NCBI RefSeq assembly: GCF_006345805.1
Contig: NC_043001.1
Coordinates: 95,170,001 to 95,234,000, forward strand
Length of the DNA: 64,000 bases
From: Octopus sinensis
Taxonomy: Eukaryota
Direction: 5' to 3'
Part shown: positions 1 through 13,660 of the stretch, one piece after another
Layout: each line of letters begins with the position of its first letter
Position numbering within the stretch: position 1 is the stretch's first letter
Program-made: the position numbers and the translations under genes
The notes under the pieces: model-generated
Databases searched by the model: none
Seen by the model: only the letters and a program-made list of their open reading frames with translations
What the model was told of the DNA's origin: nothing

Positions 1-100
1 AATTAATTTCACAATTAAAGAGTTATCTAATATTTCAGTTTATTTGAGCCGATCACGTTTCAAGCTGCGTTTTCCATTATATCGATGCATCTTGCTTGAA

Positions 101-420
101 GGCGTGTGCCTTAGTTATTATGTCTTGACCGTAATGTCAGTAGACGGATTCCCGGCAGTACATTGGGTTCTTGAGCAATACACTTCATTTCATGATGATG
201 TTCCAGTCAACCTTGCTTGCAAAAAAAGAGTTGCACCTGTAATAAAAAAGGCCATCATTTTCACATTGTGTGCCACGATGACTCATCCTCGGAACTAGAT
301 TAAATGTACGCATGTCTGTGTTGAGCTCAGCCACTTTCACGTTAATTTCAAGCGCTCGCTATTCCGTTTATCACATCAACTGCAAACTCGGCGTCGTAAC
401 CGACGGAGTGCCTACAACTT
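101..420 (+). mobile_element. Degraded tRNA-type SINE
   Basis: Decayed A/B-box-like head (ggcgtgtgccttag...ggattccc). Its central module (ttgagcaatacacttcatttca) is shared with copies at ~13.4 kb and ~21.7 kb. Family assignment is by recognition, not by database search. Confidence 0.55.
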
Positions 421-425
421 GTATA

Positions 426-470
<45 letters not shown>

Positions 471-2364
471 ACCAGCGCGTGTGAGTGTGTATACTGTTTG
501 CGTGTAAATATGTGCGTGCTTTCAATCTATTTAAAAAGAAATATTGTTTACCTACGTTGCTTTCTTAATTCACACGAGATAAAAATTGAATAAAATGGTA
601 TTTTCCTTCTTAATGTTTATATTGGTAATTAAGTTATATATATATACACAAACATGGTAACACACACACACACACAATTATATACACATGCGCACACACA
701 CATGCGCACACACACATGCCCACACACACAAGCACACACACATATACACACACAAGCACACACACATATATACACACATGGTAAGAGAACAGGATAACGC
801 CTTAAGCTAAGGACGAAATAAAATAAATTAAAATGAAATTAAAAAATAAAACAAGTTAAAATGCAATAAAAATAATCGAGTACAAGAGGTATGAGTTGGT
901 TTAATTGTCGGTAATAGATTAATGGATTTAAATTTTTTAATGGTACGTGGACATAAAAGATTCAGGATAAATAAAGTGTTTATGTAGATAAATAATTAGA
1001 GAGATCAAAGGGCGGATTGATCGCTAAATAGATAAACATTTCACTCTACATGTGGTGAGTGATCTATACAGACATTTATTTCTGGGTATTTTGGTTTATA
1101 TACTACGCGCTTTCGAATCAGAGGTTATTAAGTTAGTAATCCTTATTTTTTTGTCGTTTTATTGATGACGGCTATTGACAGTTCCAGTTAAAGTTCCTAC
1201 AAGCAGTAGTTGAATTTCCATGGACCGACCTCATCATAGAGCACACTGGTTTGTTTCTGATAAGTTTTAATAAATATCCACTGAGACATGTATGTATGTA
1301 TGTATGTATGTATGTATGGATGTATGTATGTATGTATGTATGTATATGTGTATGCATGCATTCTTCCATTTCTTATTTTCCCCCTACACAACATCAAACT
1401 TATATAACTCTGTTTTTAAGATAGGTTTTCCCTATCTATGATAACTTACTCAGCAATGTTTCAATGTTAACTATAAAAAGTAAATATTTCTTATCTATAT
1501 TGCTCCATAAACAATTATATTAGTTTATCAGTCGAAAACGTAAGTGAAATCGCCTTTATTTAATTTTAAATACCTTGTTATTCGTATAGTATCTATTCAT
1601 TTTCTTTAAAAATTCAAATACTGTGACTTGATGATTAATTACGACGTATAACAATTACTTTATCTTTGAATATTATACCTATTATTTACAGTAACTACTT
1701 TAATTATTAATCTTATAAACATGAAATTATTATAGATTACTATTTACTATTTCTTTATAATAATTTCTTAAGCCGAAAGGCTAATTGATGGTTTAGTAAA
1801 AACCAAGTTTTGTATTTGAAAATCTTTTCACACACTTATTTAGAATCCACATTCTAAACACATATACAGCCTGCCCAGTTGATATAATTCTTCTACGGAT
1901 TTCTAATAGACACACATATAGAAAGTCATAGAGAGAATGTCAGTTTGTTTAAAATAGGCATGACTCCAAAAAAGGACACTATTATAACATGATTACAAAG
2001 AGTAAATGTATGTATTTCTAACATCATGTATATTTTTCTATCCCAGCTACCGACCAGTACAAATTTGACTATTCCGATTTTCTATTATGAATATCTGAGT
2101 CTTTTTGTATGAATAACATTTTATAGCAACATCAATAATAAAAACTATAATCCATTTTAACATCTAATCTCCATTACATATATATGAAAGGAATTGTTGA
2201 ACTGTCTTTAATTAGTTAAATCATATACAGGATACTTATATATATATATACTTTATAATTAGGGTTCAGCAGATTTGCTTTACCACATACCGAAGTTTAG
2301 AACTAGAAATTATTGATTACTTCTTAATTAATTAATTTTACCCTTTGTTATTATATGTATATAT

Positions 2365-2585
2365 ATTTCTTTACTACCCACAAGGGGCTAAACACAGAGG
2401 GAACAGACAAACGGATTAAGTCGATTAGATCGACCCCAGTATGTAACTGGTACTTAATTTATCGACCCCGAAAGGATGAAAGGCTAAGTCGACCTCGGCG
2501 GAATTTTAACCCAGAACGTAACTGCAGACGAAATACGGCTACGCATTTCGCCCGGCGTGCTAACATTTCTGCCAGCTTGCCGCCC
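2365..2585 (-). mobile_element. SINE (window family A), near full length
   Basis: Reverse complement matches the copies at 34256-34873 along its whole length: head ggcggc(g/a)agctggcagaaa, gttcaaattccgccgaggtcgac, and tail agccccttgtgggtagtaaagaaat. Confidence 0.8.
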
Positions 2586-3211
2586 TATTACATATATATA
2601 TATATAAACACACAACTATATATATAAATATATGCGTGTATATATAATATAGTATTAAATTTTATGAATATATTTTCTTACATATTCTAATTTATTCTTA
2701 CTAATGAGAATGAAACACACCACTGTACTGCGATAGATTGCTGCTAATACAAAACCGTTCTTGAAGCTATGGAATTTTGTCTACTGGCGAGTACTAAAAA
2801 GTGAATTTTGACAACTGATTTCAAACAAATTTAATCTTTCTGAAAACGATAAGTTTCTAATCAACGTGATTTCAAAAAGCTTAACTTCTACTAAATAAAC
2901 ACTTTCAGTGATTTGTTAAGGGGTTGCAAATATATAAGGAGGTGCAATATATAGATTCTATATTAAGCTTTTCTTATTTGATTCATAGATTAGTATTGGA
3001 ACGTAAAATAAAATTTATCGATCATGCATCAGTGAATTTCATGCAAGCGTCATTGTACAGTGGTGTTTTCTGAGTAAAATATTGCTTGTTACTACCGTTA
3101 CAATATACCTGTTGAATAATATAACTTAGAGACAGCATGCTTTAAATAATATTGGATAGCGATCGTTCTGGGTATATTTTAGATTACTGCCTACACTTAC
3201 AGGAAGACACA

Positions 3212-3321
3212 GATGGTGATGATGATGATGATGAGGAGGAGGAGGAGGATGATGGTGATGATGACGACGACGACGACAATGGTGGTGAGGATGATGATGA
3301 GGATGAAGATGATGATGGTGG

Positions 3322-3382
<61 letters not shown>

Positions 3383-3431
3383 GATGATGTTGGTGAAGAT
3401 GACGACAACGACGATGACAATGGTGGTGAGA

Positions 3432-3503
<72 letters not shown>

Positions 3504-3510
3504 GTGGTGG

Positions 3511-3555
<45 letters not shown>

Positions 3556-3604
3556 GGATGATGATGGTCATGATAATGATCATGATGATCGTGATGATGA
3601 TGAT
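3212..3604. repeat. Compound (GAT)n/(GAC)n/(GGT)n microsatellite, ~390 bp
   Basis: Directly visible. It generates the poly-D/poly-H/poly-M/poly-I/poly-S ORFs in the track. Confidence 0.95.
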
Positions 3605-4059
3605 AAATGTAGTCTCTCCTCTTCGGAGAAAGAGTGTTCCGCAATGTCTTGCGGAATTGCCGGTATATATGATTTGTTTGTAGCGATCAAATGATTATGC
3701 TGTACATTACCTCACTCTTCCGTTAGCTCAATGTTGTTTGAACAAGTACACGGTACCCGGCACGCCAGGTGTTGAAGTGGGTGTAGATACTCGTGTGATA
3801 TGTTTTGCTCACGCACACAAGGTACCGTCTGGTCCACAAATTTAAGCTACAATATGAGTGCAACATTCTAACCCCTAGATAAATTCATCTTTACTATGCT
3901 CACACTTACAAACTTACACATGGGCATATATATTTGTGTGTGTGTGCATATGTGTGAGTGAGTGCGTGTGTTTTTGAGTGTTTGTGTGTGTATACATGCA
4001 TACCTGTGCGAATGGGTGCAACTCAGTGTGTCTATTTTATATGAGTGCATTGGTTAGGT

Positions 4060-4920
4060 GAGAGTGTGGGTTAAACAGTTCATAGGCTGAATATAAAGGA
4101 AAGATGCAGTAATATCAATCGTTGTTATTAAGGAAAGTATTGATCGTGTTCACTCAAAACAAATAGTTAATGCTATCCGCATAAGGCATGAGAGACTTGG
4201 AAATATTCTGCACAGTGGACTTGGTATGACGAAGGTTTCTGACACATGATCAATAGTGCAAAAGGCTGAGCACATCATTGGGAAACCTGACATTGTTTGA
4301 AGGTGATCCAGCTGGGTTTTTTCAAACGTTTACTGGGCCAGGATGAGCTTTGCGCTCATTTCTTTGATCCAGAGATAAAATGACAGTAGATAAATTAGAA
4401 ATACCCTTCCACACCCCCTCCAAAGAAGGCCAAGGTGTTTTTATGTGCGGTGATGTTGATGGCCTCAGTTTATGGTGTTGCAAGTGGTGTTGTGTTTATT
4501 TGATCATTTCGAAAAGGGCTTCAGTCTCAATGATGAGTAACATACGAAATTGCTGAGATAGTTGCAGTTTGCTATCGGGACCAAACGGCTAAGAAAGCTA
4601 ACGGTCTTGTTTTATTTGGACAATGCCCCCGCATACAAGTCCTTGGTCCCCATAGCTGTTGTGCGTTACTGTGCCATTAAACTGCTTGGCCGCCCTGCCC
4701 CTTATCCTGATTTTCCTCCTTTGACAATCATCTGTTCTCCAACATGACACAACAATTGACTGGGAGCCAGTACCACAGTGATGATGACGTCATATCTATG
4801 ACTTATTCTCGACGGGATGAACGCTTCTTCAGCAGTGTGATCCAAGCACTCTCTCTTGCCATCCATCCATGCAAACTTACATTTCTTTGGGAACACTTGG
4901 AATTAAATTCACATGAAGTA
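4060..4920 (+). mobile_element. mariner (DD34D-type) DNA transposon relic with internal deletion
   Basis: TIR-like start (aaacagttcataggctga). Fragmented transposase motifs include LFEGDPAGFFKRLL, PPPKKAKV, LDNAPAYKS...GRPAPYPDFPP and YHSDDDVIS...DERFFSSVIQAL. Confidence 0.75.
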
Positions 4921-5189
4921 GGGTAGTAATCATCAATACAACATCCTGTCAATCTTCTTTGAGCCAGAGACAAAGTGACAGTAGATGAATTAGAAATACC
5001 CTTCCTCACCCCCTCACCTGATGTTTATGGCGTCAGTTTATGGTGTTGCAAGTGGTGTTGTGTTTATTTTATCATCCTGGCCCAGTAAACGTTTAAAAAA
5101 AACAGCTGGATCACCTTCTAACAAATACTTTCCCTTCGTCACCTAAAATATCCAAGCGTGAGTTTAAATACTCTAGACTTTATATTGGT

Positions 5190-5385
5190 CTCAAATCTTG
5201 GCAGAAGGCTAGCAATTGTGGTGGAGATGTTGAGTCGATTAAATCGACCCCAGTTCTCAACTGGTATTTTCTTTATCGACCGTCGGAAGGATGAAAGGCA
5301 AAGTCGACCCAGGCGACATTTGAACGAAATACCGCCAAACATCTTTCCCAGTCTGATAACTATTCAGCCAGCCTGCCACCTGAGT
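5190..5385 (-). mobile_element. SINE family A copy with alternative 3' tail
   Basis: Contains gtcgattaaatcgaccccag and gaaggatgaaaggcaaagtcgacc, shared with 2365-2585. The tail differs. Confidence 0.65.
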
Positions 5386-7261
5386 CTGGATTCTATATTA
5401 AATCATTAAATGTATTACCAATTCTCTAAATGAAATCAGTTTAATGATGACAGATCCTTTACTTAGGATATCCTTAAAGGCTACTGTGAATAAATCGTAA
5501 CAATTTACAAGTAAACAAATAAGAATAATTTTCTTTTGCGTTCTGGGAGTCTCAATTTTTTTTACTACTTATATTAAGTGCATTTTCATAATGCAGTGCT
5601 TCGAGGTTCAGACACTTGTCACAACCTATTGAAACGGATCAGTAAATGTATTAATAATGTTCTATAATCACTTAGAGAAGGTAATACGGTCTATTCATAC
5701 ATTGAAATAATCGATAATAATCGCTGTCCACTCAAATGACAATATTGTTTTAACAATAAAGCTATATCAACTTTACTGTACTTGAGTGTTACGGTTTTTC
5801 TCTGTATTTTGTTTTTTAATGGGAGGTCAAATTAAATACACTTTGAGAATCGATAGTTGCATTATATCTGGCAGTCTATCGAAAATAAACTAAGTTCATT
5901 CATTTAAATAGTCTATTGGATATTTTGGTACGAAGATGTAATCAAAATATTTATCTTGAACATATCGAACAGATCCTCACATTTTATTGGAAATTTTATC
6001 AACACGTTTTTTGTAATGTATAATGATAATAATAATAATAATAATAACAGCAAAATAAATATTCTCGTAATAACATCATGCGTGTGTTTTTTTTTCTACA
6101 AGATGTTTTAAGAATCTACACGAGCATTTCACATTTCTACAGCTTGTAAACAAATACGCGGTGTTTCAGATGAAGTTTCATAAGATATTTCGAAGGTGTA
6201 CTTGCCAGACCGATCATTTGATCTAAGACTTTATGTCGAAATTAAAGTGACTGTAGTGAGCAAAACCAATTCTAGCCATTCAAAATCACATAAAGATTGT
6301 TAACTTCACTTAAACATTTAATAATTTTTTATATATAGTAAAACTTGCTATTTTGCGAACTTCGATCTGGTTACTGAGAAGTATACACAACTGAAATTCT
6401 GGACTGAAATTCCTGAATAATGTTTCCCATGATTGTATATATGTAGAAAGAAGTTTAACCAAAGTGAACCTATTCTTTTTATGGAGATAATACTTACAGA
6501 ATTAAAAGAAAATCGCATTTGCAAGGTTTGACTATTGTAGACGATTGTCTGCCGTGAAAAACCACTATCACTTGATCGTTTAGATTTTATGTGTAATCTG
6601 TCGAGAACAGAAACAAAATCTTCCTATTTTATGTCACAGCTGGAACAGGTATTGTCTTATAAGTGCGGGAATGTTATCCCTATGTTTCAAATGCATGCTA
6701 TTCTAGAATATCTTAAGGTTTCTTTCAAATGTTATTGTACGTTTAAGAATTCCTTTTCTTCGGTAGGTTTCGTTTCTTGGCATTTCTGTATCATACATGC
6801 ATTCCAATTTATGAAAAAGATTGACAAAAGGAAATAGGTTACAAAATCCTATACACCAATCAATTAAGGAATAATCCAGTAAAAGTGGATTGTTTTATAA
6901 TAATAGATAAGAGTTCGATAACATTTGTTATCATACTGATATCAAATATATACATAGAACGGCCTATCAAAAATGTAAATATTAACGACATAAAAAGTCT
7001 AAATCGTGTCATGCTACTAAAACTAATTAAACTAAGATAAAATAAAATATCAAGCGACTAAAAATATTTTTTAAAAGTTATTTTTTACTCCCTTCACACA
7101 AGAGTACGTCCAGAAATATATATATATATATAAACACACACACCACACGCACATATATTGGGTATAATGAGTAAGTTGTTGCAAAATAAGTTTTTATTTT
7201 CGCGCACGCGCATTGTTTGTTACTGATTTTGTCGACTGCGCAGTGCAGTAGTGTCATTTGA

Positions 7262-7930
7262 GCACCGTCTTTGAGGAAAGCAACACCTTTTCAATTGGCA
7301 GTTCTATGGGATTGTCTTTTGATGAAGGAGGGAGTTCGATACCGCTGACCTCTTTTGAGTTTGCTGCCTTTATATTGGTTCATCTGGGATCTTGAATAGC
7401 AAGAGGTCAAGTTATTTAATCACAACATCCGCTGGATTTCCCTCAGATGTTTTGGCATGGAGTTAAATGTCTGTGGGCCCTTGAATCTCGGGCTATTGCA
7501 GTACATGGTCCTTGCCTTAGATGAGACAGCTGGGACATTTGGAACAGTGGAGTGACGTCCATTTCAATGTTGGTATAAGTCTCAATACCAAAGTTTGGTG
7601 TCAGCCCCTCATGAATCTTCCACACATATATCACTGCATAACTCTCCCGTGGTCGTCACTCCAGGGAGTTGGGCCATCGCTTTTCAGTTTGTTCCAGTAG
7701 CTCAGCTGTTCGTTCTATCGATGCAACTTTTTTCGTGTAGTATTGCTGAACAATTTCACATTCTGCTATTAACCCTACAGAGTAAGGTGACCACAGTTGA
7801 GAGCAGTAGTCCAGATGGCTGAGGACAAATGTTCTCTGCAAGACCAGCAGTTTCCTGACCCCTGGTCCTAAAGGTTCTCAGAATTCATCCGGTCGTTCGG
7901 CTCCACACTATCACCGCTTGCAGTCTGAAA
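7262..7930 (-). mobile_element. CR1/Jockey-group LINE 3' fragment (ORF2 C-terminus + 3' UTR)
   Basis: Minus-strand peptides WILRTFRT, RTFVLSHLDYCSQLWSPY, IYVWKIHEG and AVSNSLLHQ are typical of the post-RT region of CR1-like ORF2. Confidence 0.75.
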
Positions 7931-8019
7931 GTTAAATTTTGATTGATCCTGTTTTCACTGAAGAAATATGAAAAATAAGAGTTAAGTGCTTCCCAAAATA
8001 AGCAAACATGCGCTGACCC

Positions 8020-8679
8020 AGTAATGAAATTCATTGGGAACGACATGCTATACTGCATGGCATTCGCACTAGGCGCTCCAATACGAACATTTCAGAATAT
8101 TTGGGTGTCAATCTGAGAGCATGTACCGAGAGTGATAAAAATTAAACAGCCAGTCAGCATCATGGTGTCTGGAGTGATCACTAATGATGGCGACGTTATG
8201 CTGCTATTCACTTTCCCAGGGGTCCTCAGACTCAACAGGGAGGCCTACATCAAGTGCCTGGATGTGGTAGTGATCAGGGCCGAGACAGTGGTTGCTGGAA
8301 GACACTATGCCTGGCAACACGATACTGCATCATTCCACACAAGCAGGAAAACCCAGTCATTTGCAACTGCATCGCCCCTAACATCTGGACACCCAGCTCC
8401 CTAGGCGGCATCTCCTTGATTATTATGTGCTGGGCGGAATTCAGCGAGAGACCAAAAAATTTCTTGTAACACCAAAGATGAATCAAAGACAAGGATTATG
8501 GCAGCATTCAACAGCTTATATACAAGGATACCGTCCAGAGGATTTGCAGAAAATTTTGAAGTCGTCTGGAGATCGTGGTTGATCTACTCTCTAATATTGC
8601 AAGACATTTTTAAATAACTTTGATAAATATATTTTAATTTTTGCTTAATTTAGACGACAGCATTCATCGCACCCTCTGT
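8020..8679 (+). mobile_element. maT/DD37D-like (IS630-Tc1-mariner) transposase relic
   Basis: KQPVSIMVSGVITNDGDVM...YAWQHDTASFHTSRKTQ, then frameshifted NIWTPSS, LDYYV and CRKF*SRLE. Ends in TIR-like catcgcaccctctgt. Confidence 0.7.
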
Positions 8680-10223
8680 GTGTGTGTGTTCCTGTGTGTG
8701 GGATGGTGCATATATGCAAACACACATACGCATATACACAACTGTGTACATATTGTGTCTCTTTGTACAATTTTAATTTTACGCTACACATTTCTGTCTT
8801 TATTCTAATACTCATTTAAAAAACTTATATTGTCATTCATTATACTTTTTATGTTCATAACTGACAGCATTATCTTTTCAATAATATGATTACTTTTTAT
8901 AAATATAATCCTGTTCAAAAACATCGTTACAATAATTACACACTGGAGTACAAATTTGATTAATAACTTAAAACCTTCCTACTAGGTATTCAATCTCTTG
9001 CACATTTCAAGTTAGCAAAAAAAAACCGAAACCAAAAACCTTTGTATGTGTTCAATGTTGCGTTTAGTCTCATGAACAGGTGACATGATGAATAAAAATA
9101 AATGTCTATAGTGAATCGGAAAGATTTGTCAATGTTTATTCGCAGTTTACATTTTATTGGTTCTATTTTAAGTAAATAACGGAACCGGAAAACGTATTTG
9201 TTATTAAGAATATTTCTTTGTAAGATCAGTGTATCTCAAAACATATTTTTAAAATGCTAATTATACAATTAGCAATAATTATTTGATACTTTATATTTTT
9301 GAATGCTTTATATATCTAGTTATGACTCGATTAATGCAAAATATTACTACTAAATTTATTATGACAATATGCATCCAAACTTCGATTTTCAAAGCAATAG
9401 CTGCATTTTGTTTCAACCTCTACGAATGCGTTAAGCAATTCAATTTAAATTTCTCCCCAAGAGTGAAACGCGTGCATGGACGACGATATTATCCGGAACT
9501 TCATCAGTGGCGCTCACATCACTTGACTGCTTCGCATTTTCAAGCAAATTCTTTGCTTCTCTTTGTCATTAAAAACTTGATTTGCTACTAAAAATATCCA
9601 GTAGATTCTCTAGAGTTATATCTATCGAAAACGACAATGGCTAGCATTGAGCGAAAAACTAGAACCCATTGCCAAGCCAATACGACACCCAATAATATTA
9701 TGATGTATGTTTAATAGGCTTTACGGCGTCAGCCTTCCTTAAAAGTAACTGTTAATATGAAGATTTATTGTCACCAAGTCGATGCTTATCCCAAACATTT
9801 TCAGAGAAAGCGCCCATCATTTGTAAATCATGAAGTGCGTTGCTGTCGATAGTTAATGGAAAAAATACAACGACACTATATAAGCCTTAACTTATCGTCT
9901 TTACTCAACGTCCTACACCATGTTATCAAAAATGAGGAGAAATATCGTCTTAATTAACATATCAACTAGGACCAAATAATCATTTGTTTCTCTCCCATCT
10001 GGAAATTCAATACGCCTTTCCTTCTAATCTAATATATGTATGTGTATGTATATGAGTATACATAAGTATAACAACCATAGGAAGCAGATATATTAATCTC
10101 CTCTCAGTGTATGAAAAAACCACTCAACTGAAGTTTATCTTTTATAGACTGAAACCCAATACAGATAAAAATAATAGAAAATAAAATAAAATAAAATAAT
10201 AATAATAATGATAATAATAATAA

Positions 10224-10254
<31 letters not shown>

Positions 10255-11224
10255 AACAATAATAATAATCAAAGCAAGAAAATCGAAGAATTTCCTCTAT
10301 GATACTTATAGAAAATAGGTTAATGTACTTATCAATTTTTGTGATAAAATGGAATCTATAATTATGGAAATTTATGTAACATCGCTTCTAATTTAAATTT
10401 CCCATTGTTCTTCGCTAAGTTCCTTCTGTAGATCATTAGAATTATATTCCTATCTTCCAATTCGGTCACTGCACTTTTCACTATATCATCGCTGTATGAG
10501 ATATAAATAATCCTTATGATAGATAACACTGGAAAGAATATACTAGCCGAATTATTTTAATCATCTAAATTAATACAAGATAATCCAGTACATGTCTTTA
10601 CAGATTCTGAACTCAACACCAAATTGGCGCCATGTCGAAACTTTTTGTTTTCGAACTTCATCCATTCGCTGGTAGTTTATTTCTCTTTCCATTTTAGTCA
10701 ATGATTCTGCAAGTTTCCTTCCAAAGTATATATTTTAAATATGAAATCAAACTTCTATCACATGTTTAAATAAAACTCTTCATTATACGTTCTGTTGTCA
10801 ACGAAAGGATACTGAAAAGCACCAGAATTTAACCGTATCATGAAAGATTAGAGCTGTTACATTTACAGAGGTGGTGGGGTAGATATTTAGGAGTTGTGCA
10901 AATTATCATGGTATATATGTTTTATACTTGTCTTATTTGTTTAGATTTATCGCAGGATTGCAGATCTCCAGTGGAGTTTGGTGAAATTAATCTCTGTGTC
11001 GTCATGCAATTCCTCCTTTTTGCAAAGCAAAGGAGTCCTGGTTGAAGGCCCAACCACCCGAGTTTCTTTTGATTTTCTTTTTCGGTCTTAAAAAACCTGG
11101 AGGACTGCTGCTATAAGTTTGTGGATCTGAGAAGGAAATATGTTATAAAATGTAATTCTCTTGTATTTTCATGTAGTCAAAGCACCAGCTACTATATGTT
11201 GATAATTACTTTTCAAAATTGGGA

Positions 11225-11540
11225 AGGATGGAAAAACCTCCTTGTCGAAACAAAACTTCAGAAGAAAACTAAAACTTTCAGATACGGACCATCGGACACT
11301 TACGCATATTTTTAGAAAGGATCAGAAAAGTACAGCCTCTAAAATGCCTGCAGAACATAATGACCACATCGGGAACCCAGTTTCCACAAAAGAATTTCAC
11401 CGCGAGTTGTACGAAGCAGGATTTCACAGTAGGGCTGCAATCAGAAAACCACAACTTTCAAAAGGCTGTCCTATCCCATATTAAATTAAATTTGTTTGAA
11501 ATTTTAAGGTGTTTCCATTACTTTGTCCAACCTCTGTATA
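11225..11540 (+). mobile_element. Tc1-like transposon deletion derivative (N-terminal HTH region + right TIR)
   Basis: RKLKLSDTDHRTLTHIFRKD...NPVSTKEFHRELYEAGFHSRAAIRKP is a Tc1 DNA-binding segment. The right end tccattactttgtccaacctctgta is followed by TA. Confidence 0.75.
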
Positions 11541-11546
11541 CATACT

Positions 11547-11618
<72 letters not shown>

Positions 11619-11622
11619 CAAC

Positions 11623-11812
11623 TTATAAATAAGGGCAAACGAAAAAATTTCCAATGCCAAATATGCCGAAAGTTGGACATATTGTCCATAACCATATAAT
11701 TTTTCATAATACGCTAGCGTGCGTATTGTGAAAAATTATATGGTTATGAACAATATGTCCAACTTTCGGCATATTTGGCATTGGAAATTTTTTCGTTTGC
11801 CCTTATTTATAA
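11623..11812. repeat. Long near-perfect inverted repeat (92-bp arms, 6-nt loop)
   Basis: 11623-11714 is the reverse complement of 11721-11812, with 2 mismatches by manual comparison. It lies between two (TA)n tracts. Confidence 0.95.
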
Positions 11813-11899
11813 ATTGTTTATAATTTTAATCTTTAAAGGTATTTTTTAATATGCTGGCTATTGATAAAACTTTTTGGGGAAAAAATGTTTATCCTACAT

Positions 11900-11957
<58 letters not shown>

Positions 11958-12257
11958 GCATGTATGTATGTATGTATGTATGTATGTATGTATAATTGAA
12001 AATCTTGTAGTCAGCAAGAAGGATTACAGATAAACGTCTATTTATAAGGTCTACAGTTGATTCCATGCGACGTAGTGATTACAAATAAATGTTCCTTCAA
12101 TTATCCATTCACACACCACACACTACAGAAGCTGCAACGCAAATTTGGCAGTAGGTGTAATACTATTATTGGTTAGCGCTGGTTGAAATCTGAACGTAGA
12201 CTAGATTTATACTGTACTACACTAGGTTCCTACCAGATAAGAATCTTACTTACATAT

Positions 12258-12320
<63 letters not shown>

Positions 12321-13369
12321 AAATATATATGTGTGTACGTAGATGGATAGACGGACATAAAGAGAGAGAGAGAGAGATAGAGAGAGAGAGAGTGAGAGAA
12401 AGATAAATGTATGTTTGCAGGCATAAGATAAAATGCGTAATCAATAATATCTACTAAGCCATGGGTTAACTTTAAGTAGTGATAAAAATTTGATTTTACC
12501 TGAAGATGTATCGACATCGGTTTTTGCCTTATGAAAAAGTGTATGAAAATTAATTAGCTATTGAAATACTTAATGACATATGAATCTCAGGTTCAAATGG
12601 ATAAATATTTTAGTTGTGCCTTGTTCTCTCAATATGCAGAAGCCATCATGCAACAAAGTATTCATTCACGAAAAAGGCAATTCGTGACTATTTGATATCG
12701 ACAAGATAAGCAATTATTGTACACATGTGCACGCTAAAGAAAGATTAATATTTCGAGACATAAATCGTATTAAATTAGAATTTTTGTTTAGACTAATGAA
12801 ATAATTTAAGTTTTAATGTGATCAACATAGGCAACGTAACAGTGATTCCATCGCGATTTCATTCAACTGAATATAGAATGTGTTATAACCACCAGGGAAA
12901 TAACTAATTTACATTGCAGCATAATTTTACTTTCTTTAGAACATTTTATCATCATGTAGATTAACATTAGTTGGGAATGAAAGTCAACAGCGAAGGAAAT
13001 ACTGTAAGTGGTGTGAGACGTTTTCACGCTAGATCTAATTTAGGAAGAGCGCTGTCGCCAGGAAGTTAAATGCTCCATAATTATGATTTACGCGATGATA
13101 ATAGGTATTTAATTATTCTTCCGTCTATGAATATTTTAAGAAGTCATAAAACTTTTAGAAATAGTGCTTCAAAATCATTCATTCTTTTTAAGATTCATTA
13201 AGCTCTTATAAAAGGCATATACATATTTCATGTATTGAATCAGGTAAGGTGATATGCAACTTCAAGATATATGAGAAATATTGTAGGTGAAATGTATTAT
13301 TTGAGAGATTTGCATAATTATGCAAGTATATATGTGTGGGTTCATATGTCTGCTAATATTATAACTTCA

Positions 13370-13660
13370 TTAGTGTGCAGTAGCACATGGAGTAGTGGTT
13401 AGGATGTTGAGCTCATGTTCGTGCGTTCGATTCCTAGATATTTTGGTGTGCTTTGTTCTTCAGTAAAACAATTCATCTCATGTATTGCGATCACTTCGAC
13501 ATCTGAGGTTTGTCACAAGGTGCATTTGTTCAGGTAATGACGAGGTTATCTAGCGAGTGAGTATCAATATTTGATCACTATAAGTGAAGCATTTACGCAG
13601 GTTGTTCAGCAAAACATTAACGACCGTTGTGCTTGTACACAAAACTCTACCATGCGATAT
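13370..13660 (+). mobile_element. Degraded tRNA-type SINE
   Basis: A-box-like ggagtagtggttagg, B-box-like gttcgattcct, and a central module resembling those at 101-420 and 21665-21885. Confidence 0.5.

Noticed and set aside
3126-3694. Long poly-Asp, poly-His, poly-Met, poly-Ile and poly-Ser ORFs
   Set aside because: All are frames of one (GAT)n microsatellite, which lacks stops in most frames. There is no non-repetitive domain or splice support.
6620-6655. Possible 9-nt micro-exon (cacag|CTGGAACAG|gtattg)
   Set aside because: Such short signal matches arise by chance, and no flanking exons are identifiable.
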